In this document: positions 1-12,149 of the stretch, piece after piece
How the letters are laid out: the number at the start of each line of letters is the position of its first letter
How positions within the stretch are numbered: the stretch's first letter is position 1
From: Phoronis australis
Taxonomy: Eukaryota > Animalia > Phoronida
Length of the DNA stretch: 64,000 bases
Assembly: GCA_002633005.1 (NCBI GenBank)
Contig: NMRA01000003.1
Span: 2,282,075 to 2,346,074, forward strand
Reading direction: 5' to 3'
The notes under the pieces: generated by a model
Databases searched by the model: none
Seen by the model: only the letters and a program-made list of their open reading frames with translations
What the model was told of the DNA's origin: nothing
Position numbers and translations under genes: made by a program

Positions 1-182
1 GCAGATAGTTACAGGTTTTGAGAAGCATTATATAATAACATACATTAGGATATTATTTATGCACGCTACAATGCAAATACAATTTTAAACTGGAAATTCT
101 AATACTTACATACACTCAACAAGTTGTGTAATTTGTAATAAATACAAAAACAATTAATGAGAAGGTTAAAACATCATTTTAC

Positions 183-431
183 CGTCCATGGTGGCACTCT
201 GAATGCCTTGGAATGACGGGCCATACTCGTATCCCTTCAGGCGAATATCTTTGTAAATATCATCAGCTTTCAGTTCATAAGCACTTTCCATCCCAGCATT
301 TACACATCGTTTGTTTGTTTGGTCATCTGGCTCGACCATCATCACTTGACCATTGACCACAACCGAACCACTTTCACAAATGACAAAGTCACCATTTCCT
401 GGCATGATATTCACCTCGAATTTTACACTAC
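183..431 (-). CDS. FASN: FASN coding exon 14 (DH; [20 protein letters not shown])
   Basis: gatag acceptor, G|GTAAA donor. Confidence 0.9.
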
Positions 432-3400
432 CTATCAAAAAAAAAACGAAGCAACATAGAATGTTCTGCATTTCTTTCCAGATAAAATCTTAAACAGTCC
501 TGATACAACTTTTAAAAATTTTCTGTAACTACATCATTATGTGAACACTGAAATCAGTCAATTTTTATTTGGTATTTATTTTAAATCTTACCATTGGCTT
601 GCAAAAGGGTAGCACGGTGGATTTCCACATTCTTGAAACTGACAGGCATCTCTTCATAGTTATGGAAACCTTTTAGCTTCGCCAGAGTTTTCCATGCAAG
701 AACTAGGTAACCTGGAAAATTGATGAATATTTTGACTATAATAGCTGACAGCACTGAGCAAGACAGGTTATTACAGAACAGAGCATGTCTCCTCCACCCG
801 CCGTCTCATACTCTCAAATCAGATATGTCACCCAGTGCCCCCAGAAGAGAAACAGGGGCATACTTTTTCTACCACAGAGCACATCTTATCGAATAACTTG
901 TTATAAGTCTTCATGGCTCACTTAGCTGTGATTCATTCAAAAGACAAATGCACCAACTGCATGGTGTATAAAGTCTTGTACATTAACTTGATTATTGCTC
1001 TTGACCCTGTCATACCAAACTTGCTTTTAAAATGTCTGAGTCTTTCTTTAATATTTTGATGAAATGAGATGGGACAATGCCAAGAACTGGCAACACTGGC
1101 CAAAAACATATCTCGAACTTAACTCTGTCAGATTGTACAACACTTATAACCCTCCCCCGGCTTTGTTCCAATATTGTACTGAGAAGTATACATAACTTGA
1201 TGTGACAGAGTCACTCTGTTAGAGTCATAAATGTGTTAAATGTTTGAAGATTCATGAAATGAGCATAGCCATGTGATAGAAGCACAAATGTTTACTAACT
1301 ACAACCAATTTAAACAAATTTCCAGTTATTCACATTCTACAGTCAAAACCAGTAAGTATACACCAGAACTACAAAACCACATATTATTCTGTGCTCGAAT
1401 GCATTGAAGTTCCAATAGGGAATAAACTAATGTTATTGGACTGTTTCGTGCAACTGGTGTCTTTAGGAGCATTTTAACTAGCAAAACTTGACTACAGGTC
1501 TAACTATAATGTTTTCAAGTTAACAAAAAAGTGTCAAACTTTCTAAAGCTAAGTGTCTCACAATTGTACCTGTTGCTGGAAAAAGGACACGTCCATCAAT
1601 CTTGTGACCTAAAAGATAGTCTTCTTCAGACACGTCAATGTCATAGACACTGCCAGCTCCCTGGTTGCCCTCAAAGTCCTTGTAGGCAGGAACATCCCAG
1701 GTAAGACTATGGTCAAGATGGATCCAAGGAGACAACATGGGAGTCCCCAAAGGCACTGGGTAGTCTACGGCTGCATACAGTTTGAGGGGATCAATGGCTA
1801 ACCCAGCTTGAAAACATCTGAAAACAAAAGGCATTCGACAGTTATACATTTTAGTAAACAAATAACCACGCCAAGACCAATATACTTAATTAAAACATAG
1901 TAGCCAATGGTATTGGAATCACTAGAACTAAAAATTAATGTAAATAGGAAGTTATAAATGAGTGTTAAGTACTGTTCCGAAGAAATTAAGTTTACGGTAA
2001 ACTGGTCCATCTCAGGTTCCTATGCACCAGTAGTATTTCATTTTACTAAAATACAACGTTTGACTCAAGAGTGAGCATAGTGTGGATTACGTGTTAACAA
2101 AGATGTCAATTATATCACTTAAGCAATGTTGCACACATAACACAACTGGAGAGCACAGGGGAACAGCAATTGGGGCCACAATATGTTTGGAATAATAAGG
2201 GAGGCAAATTTCAAGATTTTAGCAAACCTAAATAGTTGCGATGGTGTTCCAGGGCTTGGAATGAACAGTTGTGACGGTGTTCCAGGGCTTGGAATGAACA
2301 GTTGCGATGGTGTTCCAGGGCTTGGAATGAACAGTTGTGATGGTGTTCCAGGGCTTGGAATGAACAGTTGTGATGGTGTTCCAGGGCTTGGAATGAAGAA
2401 TGACAAAAAAGTGGAAATTTTTCCTGGTGACGTATTGTTCTGCAAATAAATAGGGTTGTGTGATAGAAATATTCTTTGTGTTGTAAAATTTAACTGAAAT
2501 AATGTTTTTGCATGAAAAGTTAAAATAGTGATAAAAAGAGACAAAACAGAGGAAAGTCGAAATCAAATAAGAGGAAATATAAACCAAAAAGGAGGAAATC
2601 CTCATAAAAGATGACGATTCCAAGCCCTGTGTTCTCATTACCAGTAACAAGATAAAGGGTATCGTGAATATTATGCATGTAGAAAAATGACACAATAATG
2701 ACAGATGAATGGAAGGTTCTCCATCAAATTATTACACCATGGCAGAGCTTCAACTTAAGCAGACTTTACCTTCCAATAGCAGACAGGAACACATGAGCAT
2801 TATCGGGTTGTCCACGTTTCATAAGACCAATAAACTCACAGCTGGAACTGAGAGACCTCTTTAAGACAGCTTGCAGTAACGCATGTGGCGCAATCTCGAT
2901 TGTGATGGCGTTTTCAGGCACATGACGCAGAGCTTCTTGGAAAAGCACTGGGCTAACAAGATTATTCACATAGTAATCAGCTGACGAGAAGCCAGCCAGT
3001 TCAGTGTTCCAGTTTTCTTCTAGAATGGAGGAGCTAACCCATCGAGAGCTTCGTGGCCGTCTTTCAGGAATTACCTTAAAAACAAATTCATACAGTCTTA
3101 ACTTCAATACACATTTTGCACAAAACAAATTTGAGGATAACAGCATGCACAGAGTTGTATATTCTTAGTTAGATCTCTCTCGTAAAAGTATTATTTTTCA
3201 CATTTTCAATGTATCTTGAGGACAGTTGTGACAAAATGTGCTTATAAATAACTGAAAGCAGGTCACATTTTCATATCCATAGTTAATTTTGGAAATAACT
3301 GCACAAATACAGGTACAAACTGAAAACTATCACATATTAATGGCAAGCATATACCTTTGATTAATTTCATCAAAAATGCTTGCATAAACTTTATATGGAT

Positions 3401-6400
3401 TATAATGGCAAGCATATACCTTTGATTAATTCCATCAAAAATGCTTGCATAAACTTTATATGGATTATAATGGCAAGCATATACCTTTGATTAATTCCAT
3501 CAAAAATGCTTGCATAAACTTTATATGGATTTTAAGTTTAAGCATCATCAGAATATTCATGCAATGCTTTGTCAAAACATCTATCAAATGCTTTCACTCA
3601 CTAGATCAAGTGCTCTCTTCAATTCAGGAGCGATGGCTGCCATGTAGTGAGAGTGGAAGGCATTTCCAGCACTGTCCACCTCTTTGGCAAATATACCTTG
3701 GGACTTTAGCTCAGCGACAAACTTAGACACCTGTTCTTTAGGACCAGAGATAGTGACAGTTTCCTTTGTATTATGACAGGCAGGTACAACTCCTTCAGGA
3801 CATCGACGCTTGGCTTCCTCCCAAGAAAGTCCTGCCAATGAACATGGCACTCACTATTACTAGCTACAACCGCAGCAAATACAAGAGTTATTCAATACTG
3901 AACTCATATGCAACTAACTCAGATTCCTAACAAAAAAGACAATGTTTGAAGCAATTTTCTGTAACCTTGCTACATCTGTATAGTGCCACCATAACTTATT
4001 AACTAAACCCACACTATCTGAACTGAAGGATACACAACATAGTTGATCACTTACAAACACAGCTCACAGGCCAGTGAGACAATAATAATCTTCTGCCAAT
4101 GGTCCCAAACAAAATACCACACCATAGAAGCATGGCCCACAAAATCACATCCACTAAAAACAAGCTGAGCATTTTGGGTAGGCAAGACAAGTTTGTGAGT
4201 CCGGACACGAGTTTACAGGCCTGTGAGCTATGTTTAGAAGTGAGTAACTGTGTTCATAAGTGCGGGTACCATGTAGTTTGGATAGCCTGATACTTACCTA
4301 CAGCAGCCATGGCACCAGGTGGCAGTGCTGCATCTTGAACACATTTTCCCCTCCAATAGGCTGCCAGAACAGTCTGCTCAGCAGTCAGTCCTCCATCTGC
4401 ATACCCACAGCCTAGTTCACCAACCGAGTGACCAACAATTCCATCAGGCTCTATATCAAGTTCTTTCAACAGGTCAACAAGGGCAACCTAAACATAAAAA
4501 TGTACACAAACAACTGAAAACAGTCAAACCTCAAAACAAGAGCAATGAAGAGCCTAGAAACGCGGCCACGACTCCACCGCAAACAGGGTGCTTCTAGGGT
4601 TGTTTTTTAGGATCATAAAAATGGCCATTAGATGGCACTAACAAACTTGAAATACAATAATTTATGTCTGAGTCCCCAATGCAGCATGGTCATCAGGGCA
4701 ATCCAGGCACTTTATTGCGAGTTAATTTTAATTCAACCAGAGAATGAGAATACAAAGTTGCTTTGAAGGAGCAAATGCAGCTGCAACGAAAATGTTTACT
4801 GACACCAGAACTTTGCAACAGTACTTTTAAAGCAAATATAAAACAATATCAATGACAGTTGCAAAGCAGTCATTTAAAAACTAAAATCATTTTTTACACA
4901 AACAGCATTACAATCTTAAACAAAATCGATTGATTTAACTTCATTTTTGCTATACCTGTATTGCAGCTATGCCAACAAAAGCATTGACAGTGTTATTGTA
5001 GTCTTCCTCAGTTCCGTCCATTAGAAACTCATACAGGGAGACTCCGAGTGGCTGTAAAACTTGGGCTGACCGTAGAATGGACTGTCTGAAGGTAGTCAAG
5101 TGCATCAGGTCACGACCCATACCATGCCACTGTGTACCCATGCCAGAGAATACAAACCACACAGGGCGTCCATTGCTGTGTGAGCACTTCTGTAAGGTGC
5201 CATTGATATTGAGCAGGGCTTGGAATGATCAATGACAAACAAGAGAAAAATTCTCCAGTTGATGCACCGTTCCACAAATAGGCATGTCGACACAAATAAC
5301 TGACATAAACGTTTTTGCCTGAATAAAGTCAAAAGAATGAAAAAAAGAGACGAAAAAAGAGGAAACTATAAATAAAATACGAGGAAAATTTCAAGTCCTG
5401 ATCGTGGACCACTCGTCAGTAAAATGTTACCAACTCAAGAGCAGAATTTAAGACATATATCTTTTGTATACCACCAAGTGCAAATTACAAAATAAAGCAG
5501 GGTATACAGATTACTTTTCAACCATAAAGTTAGAATAAGCACAATCTTGTTATGTAATGAAGTACACCCCAATACGTAATAATGAATATCAGTATTTCCA
5601 CTGGTGTTCAAATTACCGTCACTTCAATTATTTTATTTTCTGTGTTCAGAACAGTGAACCCTCGGTATGGATGAACAGTGGGAGAGCTGTTAGCGTTGTC
5701 CGTGAGCAGTGACTGCAGCTCCACATTGTGGCAGTGTTCCTGCATCTTGGACAGCAATGACTTGACACTATCATCTGTTCTGCCTGAATAAATACACAGC
5801 CTGGGCACACTGGCAGCAGGGTGCTGTTGTGAAGCCTTCTTGGGATTGGATCTTAAGATTGTATGCACATTTGTGCCTCCAAATCCAAAAGAGTTGATGC
5901 CCACAAGTCCGCCTGCCCATTTCCTGTTCTTGTCAACAACAGACAACCTTCCATCAGCCAACCCAGGAATATCTGGGTTCGGTTGTTTGTAATGCAAATT
6001 AGCCGGTATGGTTTGTGATTCCATGGCAACAATTACTTTGGCAACAGCAGCCAGACCTGTAAAAACGAAAGGCTTATCATTACCAATTTCACCAATGCTT
6101 GACAAGTTCCCAACATTTTTTAAAAGGTTCATTTCATGAATAGAAAAATAACAAATACAATCATCATCTGAAAATCTAATTAACATAATGTCTAGGCAAC
6201 TGTTATCCACATAGTGTGTCAGTCTCATTAAAACCATATGTGTGAAACACCAATGATTAATTGATCAACCAACAGCTTAACTGTCACCAAGCCAAGACAC
6301 AGAAAACTCACCTGAAGCGGGTTCAGGATGCCCCATGTTGGATTTGACTGACCCTATGTTAAGGGGCGTGTGTCTGTCTTTACAAAACACCTCTGTGATG

Positions 6401-9400
6401 GAGTTCAGCTCCTGTGGATCACCAGCCTTTGTGCCGGTGCCATGAGCTTCCACATATGCAACTTCCGCTGGATTAATACCAGACTCCGTGTAGACTCTTT
6501 GTAAGAGTTGTTTCTGGACTTCACCAGAAGGGAATGTGATTCCTGAATAACAAACAACTCATTCTACCTATTCAATGATTGTCTTATGCCATACAAAACA
6601 CATTTTACCAATTCATTGATTGTCTTGTGTCATACAAAACACATTCTATCTATTCAATGATTGCGCCATACAAAGATAAAATGCATACAATTTTTGAATA
6701 GCAAAGAGCTGTCACAAAAAAATCACTGAGTTTTAATCAAGAAATGCAATTTCTGTGTAACAAAAGGCTTACGTTATGCATTTCAATATATTTACAATTC
6801 TGGAATACTCCTTAGTGTACTCTAATCACCTAAATGGACTATATATATAGTGATTCAAGAAAGCACATCATGTATAATCACATACCCTGTTCTTTGTTGC
6901 CATCACAATTATTTCGAGAGTGCACTAGGGTAGCGTAGATCCTTTTAGAACAAAACATCTTCTGGAGGTAAACAGCAACAATTCCTTCACTGCGACAGTA
7001 GCCGTTACCTGAGAATCAAAAAACAATGCAGAAGACGTCGGTGAAAAAGTACAACTTTCTATATTAAAAATAAAACACAAACAAAAACACTAAAACTGAA
7101 ATAGAACCAGTTATAAATGATTGTTCTTGCTGCAGTGTGAATATGAAACAAATTTTTATATGGACAAGGATTGATGACCCACCTGAATTATCAAAAGATT
7201 TGCAAGCGCCATCTGGTGATAACATCCCCAACTTCATAAACATGGCTGCCACTGCAGGTTTCAAGCAAAGGCTGGAGCCTCCCACAACAGCAGCGTCACA
7301 TTGGCCACTGTTCATAGCTTCCAAGGCATGATCCATGGCTAGGAGACTTGATGAACATGCAGTATCCACAGTAAAACTCGGACCTGGACAGTGAAAACAG
7401 CAACAGCATTTATAGCAAGTTGTAATAAGCAAAAGACATTCTTTGAGTGAGACAAAAACTCACAATTGCTCATACTGTTTTTGGAATACAGAATGTCCCA
7501 ATTTAAAAATCTAAATTAGAATCTAGCCTCTCTAGTAATGAGCGTATTTGGTGAACGAAATATGTTATTAATCAGCAAATACATTTTCAACAAAAATTTG
7601 CCATTTTAATGCTCCAATATTGAAAAGATGAAATAAAGGTCTCATTGCACTTTCCTTTCCACTCCACAATAAACACTCACCCTTGAAGTCATAGAAGTAT
7701 GAAAGTCTGTTGGCAAACATGCCTCTCTGACAGCCAGTCATCATGTAACCTTTTACTTTCTCAGGGTCACTGCTCCAAGCATCAAACGACTCTGTGCCAC
7801 TTACTCCAATGAAGACCCCGGTGCGTGTTCCTCTGATATCTTGAGGACTAACACCTGAAGCAAGTCCACTATTTGCAAAGTGCATCACTGCAACACACAC
7901 TCGGTGCAACATACACTAGTCCTGTGACAACTGGTGGCTGTTATCCTCTAAAGAAACACTCCTCTAATTTCACAAACATCAAAATGCAGTTTAGCAGTAG
8001 TTAAAGTGCTTCTTTATGGTGCAGTCCTCACAACATTCATTCCACCACTTGTGAGTACCGTATCGTCATATCTATTACATTACTAGCTAAGAGCAGCCAA
8101 TGACATTCAGTGTTTTTTTCTGCAGGTTATTCCATTTTAACATATAACACATGCATTTTGGCACAACAGGGAATTACAAACAGGATGGGAACTGAGACTC
8201 AACAAGAACTCTGCACATTCATTTATGTATATTATATATGCAAAACTGAGCACTTAAGTGTGATAATGAACAGAAAGTACATTGGAAAGCATGCTTCAAA
8301 ATGATTTCATGTCAACTGAATCAATAACAACTGCAAAATGCTTCAAATGATCAATACATCATTCACACAATCATAATGTAACACTAAAACAACCGAAAGA
8401 GCTTGTAACTGCAATTATTCTTCTACAAAACATTGGTGTTATCAACATCTGACCTACCTGCATCTAATATAGCCTCATACGAAACTTCCAGAAGAAGCCT
8501 CAGTTGAGGGTCCATACAATTTGCCTGTTTTGGACTCACACCGAAGAGAGAAGCATCAAAATGAACAATGTCTTTCAGTTTTCCACTGCGCCTGGGTAAA
8601 CCAAGGTAACCTGCAATAAATGGGATGGAAAACATCGACGAAGAAGCAAAACCATTTGAATTATCCCTGATGGCTTTTATGCCACAATAGACACAAATTT
8701 GTGACTAACACAGGGCAGAACACTTTCAGGATATGGAAAAGGAGGCTCCACAGTGGTAAACCTTTGCTCTTAAGGGCAGGTTAATAAACATGTTCGTATT
8801 TTTTATTCCTGCCCACACCTGAAAAGTGTGCCACATTGATTCTATATTTTTTTTAATTTAAAAAATTTCAGTTTGCAAGTGTTAGTAAACAGCGTTTGTA
8901 GAATGTGCAAGTATTAGAATAGAGTACTGAAGTTCATATATCACCAGATGGTGCTGGCTGCAGCAGAGTGGGCAACCTCTAGGTACATACAGGAGTTGTG
9001 AGTCATATTGTATGCACTGACACATCCCTCTGATTGATTGACAAACATCACCAAAGAATATGTATGACACATAATTACTTCAAATGACGTGTTTGCTAGT
9101 GCAACGAAGCTAACTTCTAAGGAATGACATGATATTAGACCTATCAAAACACCGAACACATGCAATAAAAATAAAAAGTGACCCCAAATGCCAAATTCTA
9201 GACGAGCCTCGATAACATATTATTTTATTTTTTAACCTCAGGCCAGTCTTATACACTTTAAGAAAATTAAAATTTATAATAATTAAAATTTTTTATTTCA
9301 AGTCAAAGAAGAAACAAAAGTACCTGGCTGCCACCTTCTGTCATCTTCAGTGACCATGTCAACGCCGTTCATTAGATTTTCCTTGAACTCTGCAATATTG

Positions 9401-9525
9401 TTGGACTCGGGCAGACGACATGATATTCCGCTGATCACAACATCATTCCCATTCAAATCACTGGGGTCATAGTTTTCAGCACTGTCCAACGAGGACATTG
9501 GCTCTTCAACCATATGGGCTGGCAT
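183..9525 (-). CDS. FASN: Fatty acid synthase (animal type I FAS), 5' part: KS, MAT and DH domains; 14 coding exons, about 1033 aa in window, continues past left edge
   Basis: Exons 9324-9525, 8458-8610, 7681-7854, 7183-7383, 6886-7008, 6312-6542, 5617-6056, 4956-5189, 4298-4487, 3602-3831, 2770-3074, 1570-1817, 592-711, 183-431 join with GT-AG and consistent phases. Motifs: [38 protein letters not shown] (KS); GHSVG, AFHS (MAT); [16 protein letters not shown] (DH). Confidence 0.93.
592..711 (-). CDS. FASN: FASN coding exon 13 ([10 protein letters not shown]...IHRATLL)
   Basis: Read manually; ttccag acceptor, G|GTAAG donor. Confidence 0.9.
1570..1817 (-). CDS. FASN: FASN coding exon 12 (DH catalytic His, [13 protein letters not shown])
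   Basis: ttttcag acceptor, G|GTACA donor. Confidence 0.92.
2231..2395. repeat. 33-bp tandem repeat x5, made of a MITE left end plus its flank
   Basis: Unit aa(c/t)agttg(t/c)gatggtgttccagggcttggaatg at 2231, 2264, 2297, 2330, 2363. Confidence 0.95.
2382..2629. mobile_element. MITE with CAGGGCTTGGAAT TIRs and 5-bp TSD TGTTC
   Basis: cagggcttggaat at 2382 and attccaagccctg at 2617-2629; tgttc at 2377-2381 and 2630-2634; related copies at 5214 and 43809. Confidence 0.8.
2770..3074 (-). CDS. FASN: FASN coding exon 11 ([18 protein letters not shown])
   Basis: tttaag acceptor, AG|GTAAAG donor. Confidence 0.9.
3338..3531. repeat. 65-bp tandem repeat x3
   Basis: aatggcaagcatatacctttgattaat... at 3339, 3404, 3469. 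Confidence 0.9.
3602..3831 (-). CDS. FASN: FASN coding exon 10 (MAT; ACHN...AFHS)
   Basis: ggcag acceptor, CTA|GTGAGT donor. Confidence 0.92.
4298..4487 (-). CDS. FASN: FASN coding exon 9 (MAT catalytic Ser, GHSVGE)
   Basis: tttag acceptor, G|GTAAGT donor. Confidence 0.93.
4956..5189 (-). CDS. FASN: FASN coding exon 8 ([14 protein letters not shown])
   Basis: ttacag acceptor, CAG|GTATA donor. Confidence 0.92.
5214..5400. mobile_element. MITE, CAGGGCTTGGAAT family (degenerate copy)
   Basis: cagggcttggaatgatcaatgaca ... gaggaaaatttcaagtcctg. Confidence 0.65.
5617..6056 (-). CDS. FASN: FASN coding exon 7 ([13 protein letters not shown] and KS-MAT linker)
   Basis: tttacag acceptor, ACG|GTAAT donor. 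Confidence 0.92.
6312..6542 (-). CDS. FASN: FASN coding exon 6 ([19 protein letters not shown])
   Basis: Read manually; ttcag acceptor, G|GTGAG donor. Confidence 0.93.
6560..6675. repeat. Imperfect 41-bp tandem repeat, about 3 copies
   Basis: cattctacctattcaatgattgtcttatgccatacaaaaca variants. Confidence 0.7.
6886..7008 (-). CDS. FASN: FASN coding exon 5 (GNGYCRSEG)
   Basis: Read manually, absent from ORF track; tctcag acceptor, G|GTATG donor. Confidence 0.92.
7183..7383 (-). CDS. FASN: FASN coding exon 4 (KS catalytic Cys, DTACSSS)
   Basis: ccag acceptor, G|GTGGG donor. Confidence 0.93.
7681..7854 (-). CDS. FASN: FASN coding exon 3 (KS; RTGVFIG...[12 protein letters not shown])
   Basis: cttcag acceptor, G|GTGAG donor. 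Confidence 0.92.
8458..8610 (-). CDS. FASN: FASN coding exon 2 (KS; [10 protein letters not shown])
   Basis: ttgcag acceptor, G|GTAGG donor, phase 1-1. Confidence 0.92.
9324..9525 (-). CDS. FASN: FASN coding exon 1 (start; MPAHMVEE...[13 protein letters not shown]...DDRRWQP)
   Basis: ATG at 9523-9525; acceptor at 9549-9550 implies an upstream UTR exon; donor G|GTAC. Confidence 0.88.
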
Positions 9526-10051
9526 TTTACAGCTTCAGGTTACACTACCTGAAACAATGAGATACAGTGTTTTTATTTCTATGGCAGCCATCATCCAACA
9601 AACAGCCGGATTAGGACATTTGATACCTCAACAGAATTAGTCTGGCAAGCAGGCACAGCATGCACACCTACTGCACACAGATTGCTTTCTTTTTTTACAG
9701 ATGAAAACAAAATAAGAAAACCACTGCAAAAATTTCAGCAAACCCTGCAACTAAGGACACAGAGTAGAAACATAAATAACCCCAAGAGATGACTGACCAC
9801 CACAAGCGGTCATTCCGACTCCGCCAGTCTAAAGCAAATATTCTGTAGTGTTGGGACACCGTGGAAAAGTGAATTTCATTGACACTGACAGTAAAGGTTG
9901 TTATAAAATTTTACTTCGCAATTATTGGTTTGACCATCTTAAAACAACACTCAGCACACTGTCACTCTAACTTAGGCACAGTTTTCAGCATTGTTTTGCA
10001 TCTATGCTAATCACTGGGTCACACACCCAAGTCGGCATTTCATTCTTCCAG

Positions 10052-10262
10052 TACTAATAACATGACGCCAATTCTTCACTTATTTAGCACACCATATGGC
10101 CGACAGGTGAAATTATTTTTGTAAAATAAAAAAATGAAGATTGAGAAAATTTTAGCCTGGTTTGTACTGTGCAGATGTCATAAAACAACAATTGGTAAAG
10201 TTGTCATCATTTGCAGCAAAGTAACCATCTTTGAAAAATGGAAAAAATTCAATTTTGAGTGA
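10052..10262 (+). repeat. Dispersed repeat; other copies near 57236-57470 (+), 62530-62605 (-) and 63530-63600 (-)
   Basis: Shared core ttcttcacttatttagcaca..atatggc.gaca.gtgaa and its reverse complement. Confidence 0.7.
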
Positions 10263-10732
10263 AATAAGTGAAGACTTGTAACAATTACAGTAGGCCTAGA
10301 TACTATGGCTTAACTTTATCATCTATATAACCCAGGGCCTATGCTACACTACATTTTAGACAGGGGGTGCAACTGGGAAACTAGGATAAATACCATTCAG
10401 ACAGTGGACTCGAAAAAAGGAGAACCATTTCTGAGAACTATCCATCAAAATCCCTTTCCCGTTTTTTTTCCATTTAGCACGCCCTTGTCGGCTTTTGAAT
10501 GTCTAGTGAATTAGTTTACGTGAATGCACGACTGCTACCTCGAAACCTTCTTCCCTGTGAAGTGAAACAGTAGTAGGGGAACTGTTGTCAGCGCCACGTC
10601 CCTATCGTATGGCCCTACCGCGCGTGAGTGGGAGAACCCCCGGCTCTACAAATAGCTACAAGTACAGCCAGATCTACCGGCGGATCCAAAGTAATAAAAC
10701 TAAAAGACTGCACTGCATCACTTTCCACTGAC

Positions 10733-10875
10733 CTTGAATGCCTAAATCGGTTTCCCTAAAACAAACGACCACTAGCTCTAAACCTTCCTTGTAAAATGAA
10801 ATAGGAGGAGGCACGTAAATCATATTTAGCATAATTTTTTTTTAACACGAACACAACACGCTCGAATCGGAAAGC
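10733..10875 (-). other. FASN: Putative non-coding first exon of FASN
   Basis: AAG|GTCAGT donor at 10731-10732, downstream of a promoter motif cluster; 5' boundary approximate. Confidence 0.45.
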
Positions 10876-10894
10876 ACTATGTTGTTGTTCTGAT

Positions 10895-10930
10895 AAGCCC
10901 ACGTGAAATCAGCCAATCACATGATAGACA
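10895..10930 (-). promoter_or_regulatory. Putative FASN proximal promoter: E-box, CCAAT (NF-Y) box and SREBP-type E-box
   Basis: CACGTG 10900-10905; agCCAATca with CCAAT at 10913-10917; ATCACATGAT 10916-10925. Confidence 0.55.
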
Positions 10931-11317
10931 TGCGATGATGTCACACAAATAAATCCATGAAGTATCGTTTGCAGGTGATCGAAAAAAGTCGCATGATGTG
11001 TGTGAGATCTGCTGATTTGTGAGTGGAGACATTTCATTGGCTAGTTTCAAAGCATTCATTGTGCGTCACAAGAAGCTTTACCACAAAACTTTCATAACAA
11101 TGCTGCCATTTTCGTTGCCATGTTTTCTCCTGATCGAGGCCGAAGATGACACAGAGTTGATCAGGGTTCAGACAACATCTACTGGGTCAGCAGTCTGGGT
11201 CGAAGCAAGATAAGATAAGACACTTTTGACAGTTTACAATAATAAAGCAACATTAACACACATGCTATTAACCGACATAAATAAAATTCACTATGACATA
11301 ACGGAACACTTAAATGC

Positions 11318-11412
11318 TAGTCTGGGGTCAGTTAGTCTGGGTCAGGGGTCTGGGTCAGATAGTCTGGGTCAGGGGTGTGGGGGGTCTGGGTCAGATAGTC
11401 TAGAGGGGGTCA
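11318..11412. repeat. G-rich short tandem repeat (tctgggtcag units)
   Basis: About six tctgggtcag-like units with tagt or gggg spacers. Confidence 0.7.
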
Positions 11413-12149
11413 GTGGTTGTGCGTGTCTCCAGCCCCCACACAATGTCAGCGTGTGAGCCCAAGGAACCAAGTTACATGTGGTGCCGGCTCGTTCTGTTAC
11501 CTGAGATTTAATTAGTTTTCCCAATAAGTTGTGTCACACAACTCAGCTTTCACGGTGAAAGCGTAAGACCGAACTCCTGTCACGTTTTAGTTTCATTTCA
11601 TGAAATAGGTCTCAGTAGATGCACACACTCGTGCTTATTAAATTTCCTTTTGGGTGGCAACATCATTAATGTTTGTGAATATGTAAATCTTGAACCGGCG
11701 TCGACAAAATGTTTGCGAACTATTAGTAATTTTGTCGCATAATATTTGTTCTTTTGCATTAATTAAAAGTTCTCAGGTGAATGAAAAGACTGAGGATTAT
11801 ACGGAACTGTTATATGACTGGCGGTATAAGCAGGAAACAAATTTCACGCGGTTGTGCGGTTCCAAGGTGGTTCTGCTAATTCTTTTTCGATATTTTGATA
11901 AAAAATGTTTTTATCGTACCTGGTACAATAGGGGCATTGTTTATCCTATGATTTCTCGACGGCACTGTTCATCCTATATCATATCAATATTTTTTGTGTG
12001 ACGTATGGCTTCTCTCCGTCCACCATTCACCCTTTTGGGCTTCGAAATGCAATTCGACATGTAATTCGTAGATGCATGAATTCTGAGTTTAATGTTCGTC
12101 TTCCATATTATTCCAATTTTAATACAATATCAATTTCGAGCTAAAAAAT

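Noticed and set aside
2119-2695. ORFs with repeated peptides ([22 protein letters not shown])
   Set aside because: Translations of the intronic 33-bp DNA repeat, open in several frames
3075-3077. AAG acceptors at FASN exon 11 and PICK1 exon 9
   Set aside because: Uncommon but ordinary U2 acceptors; frames are conserved
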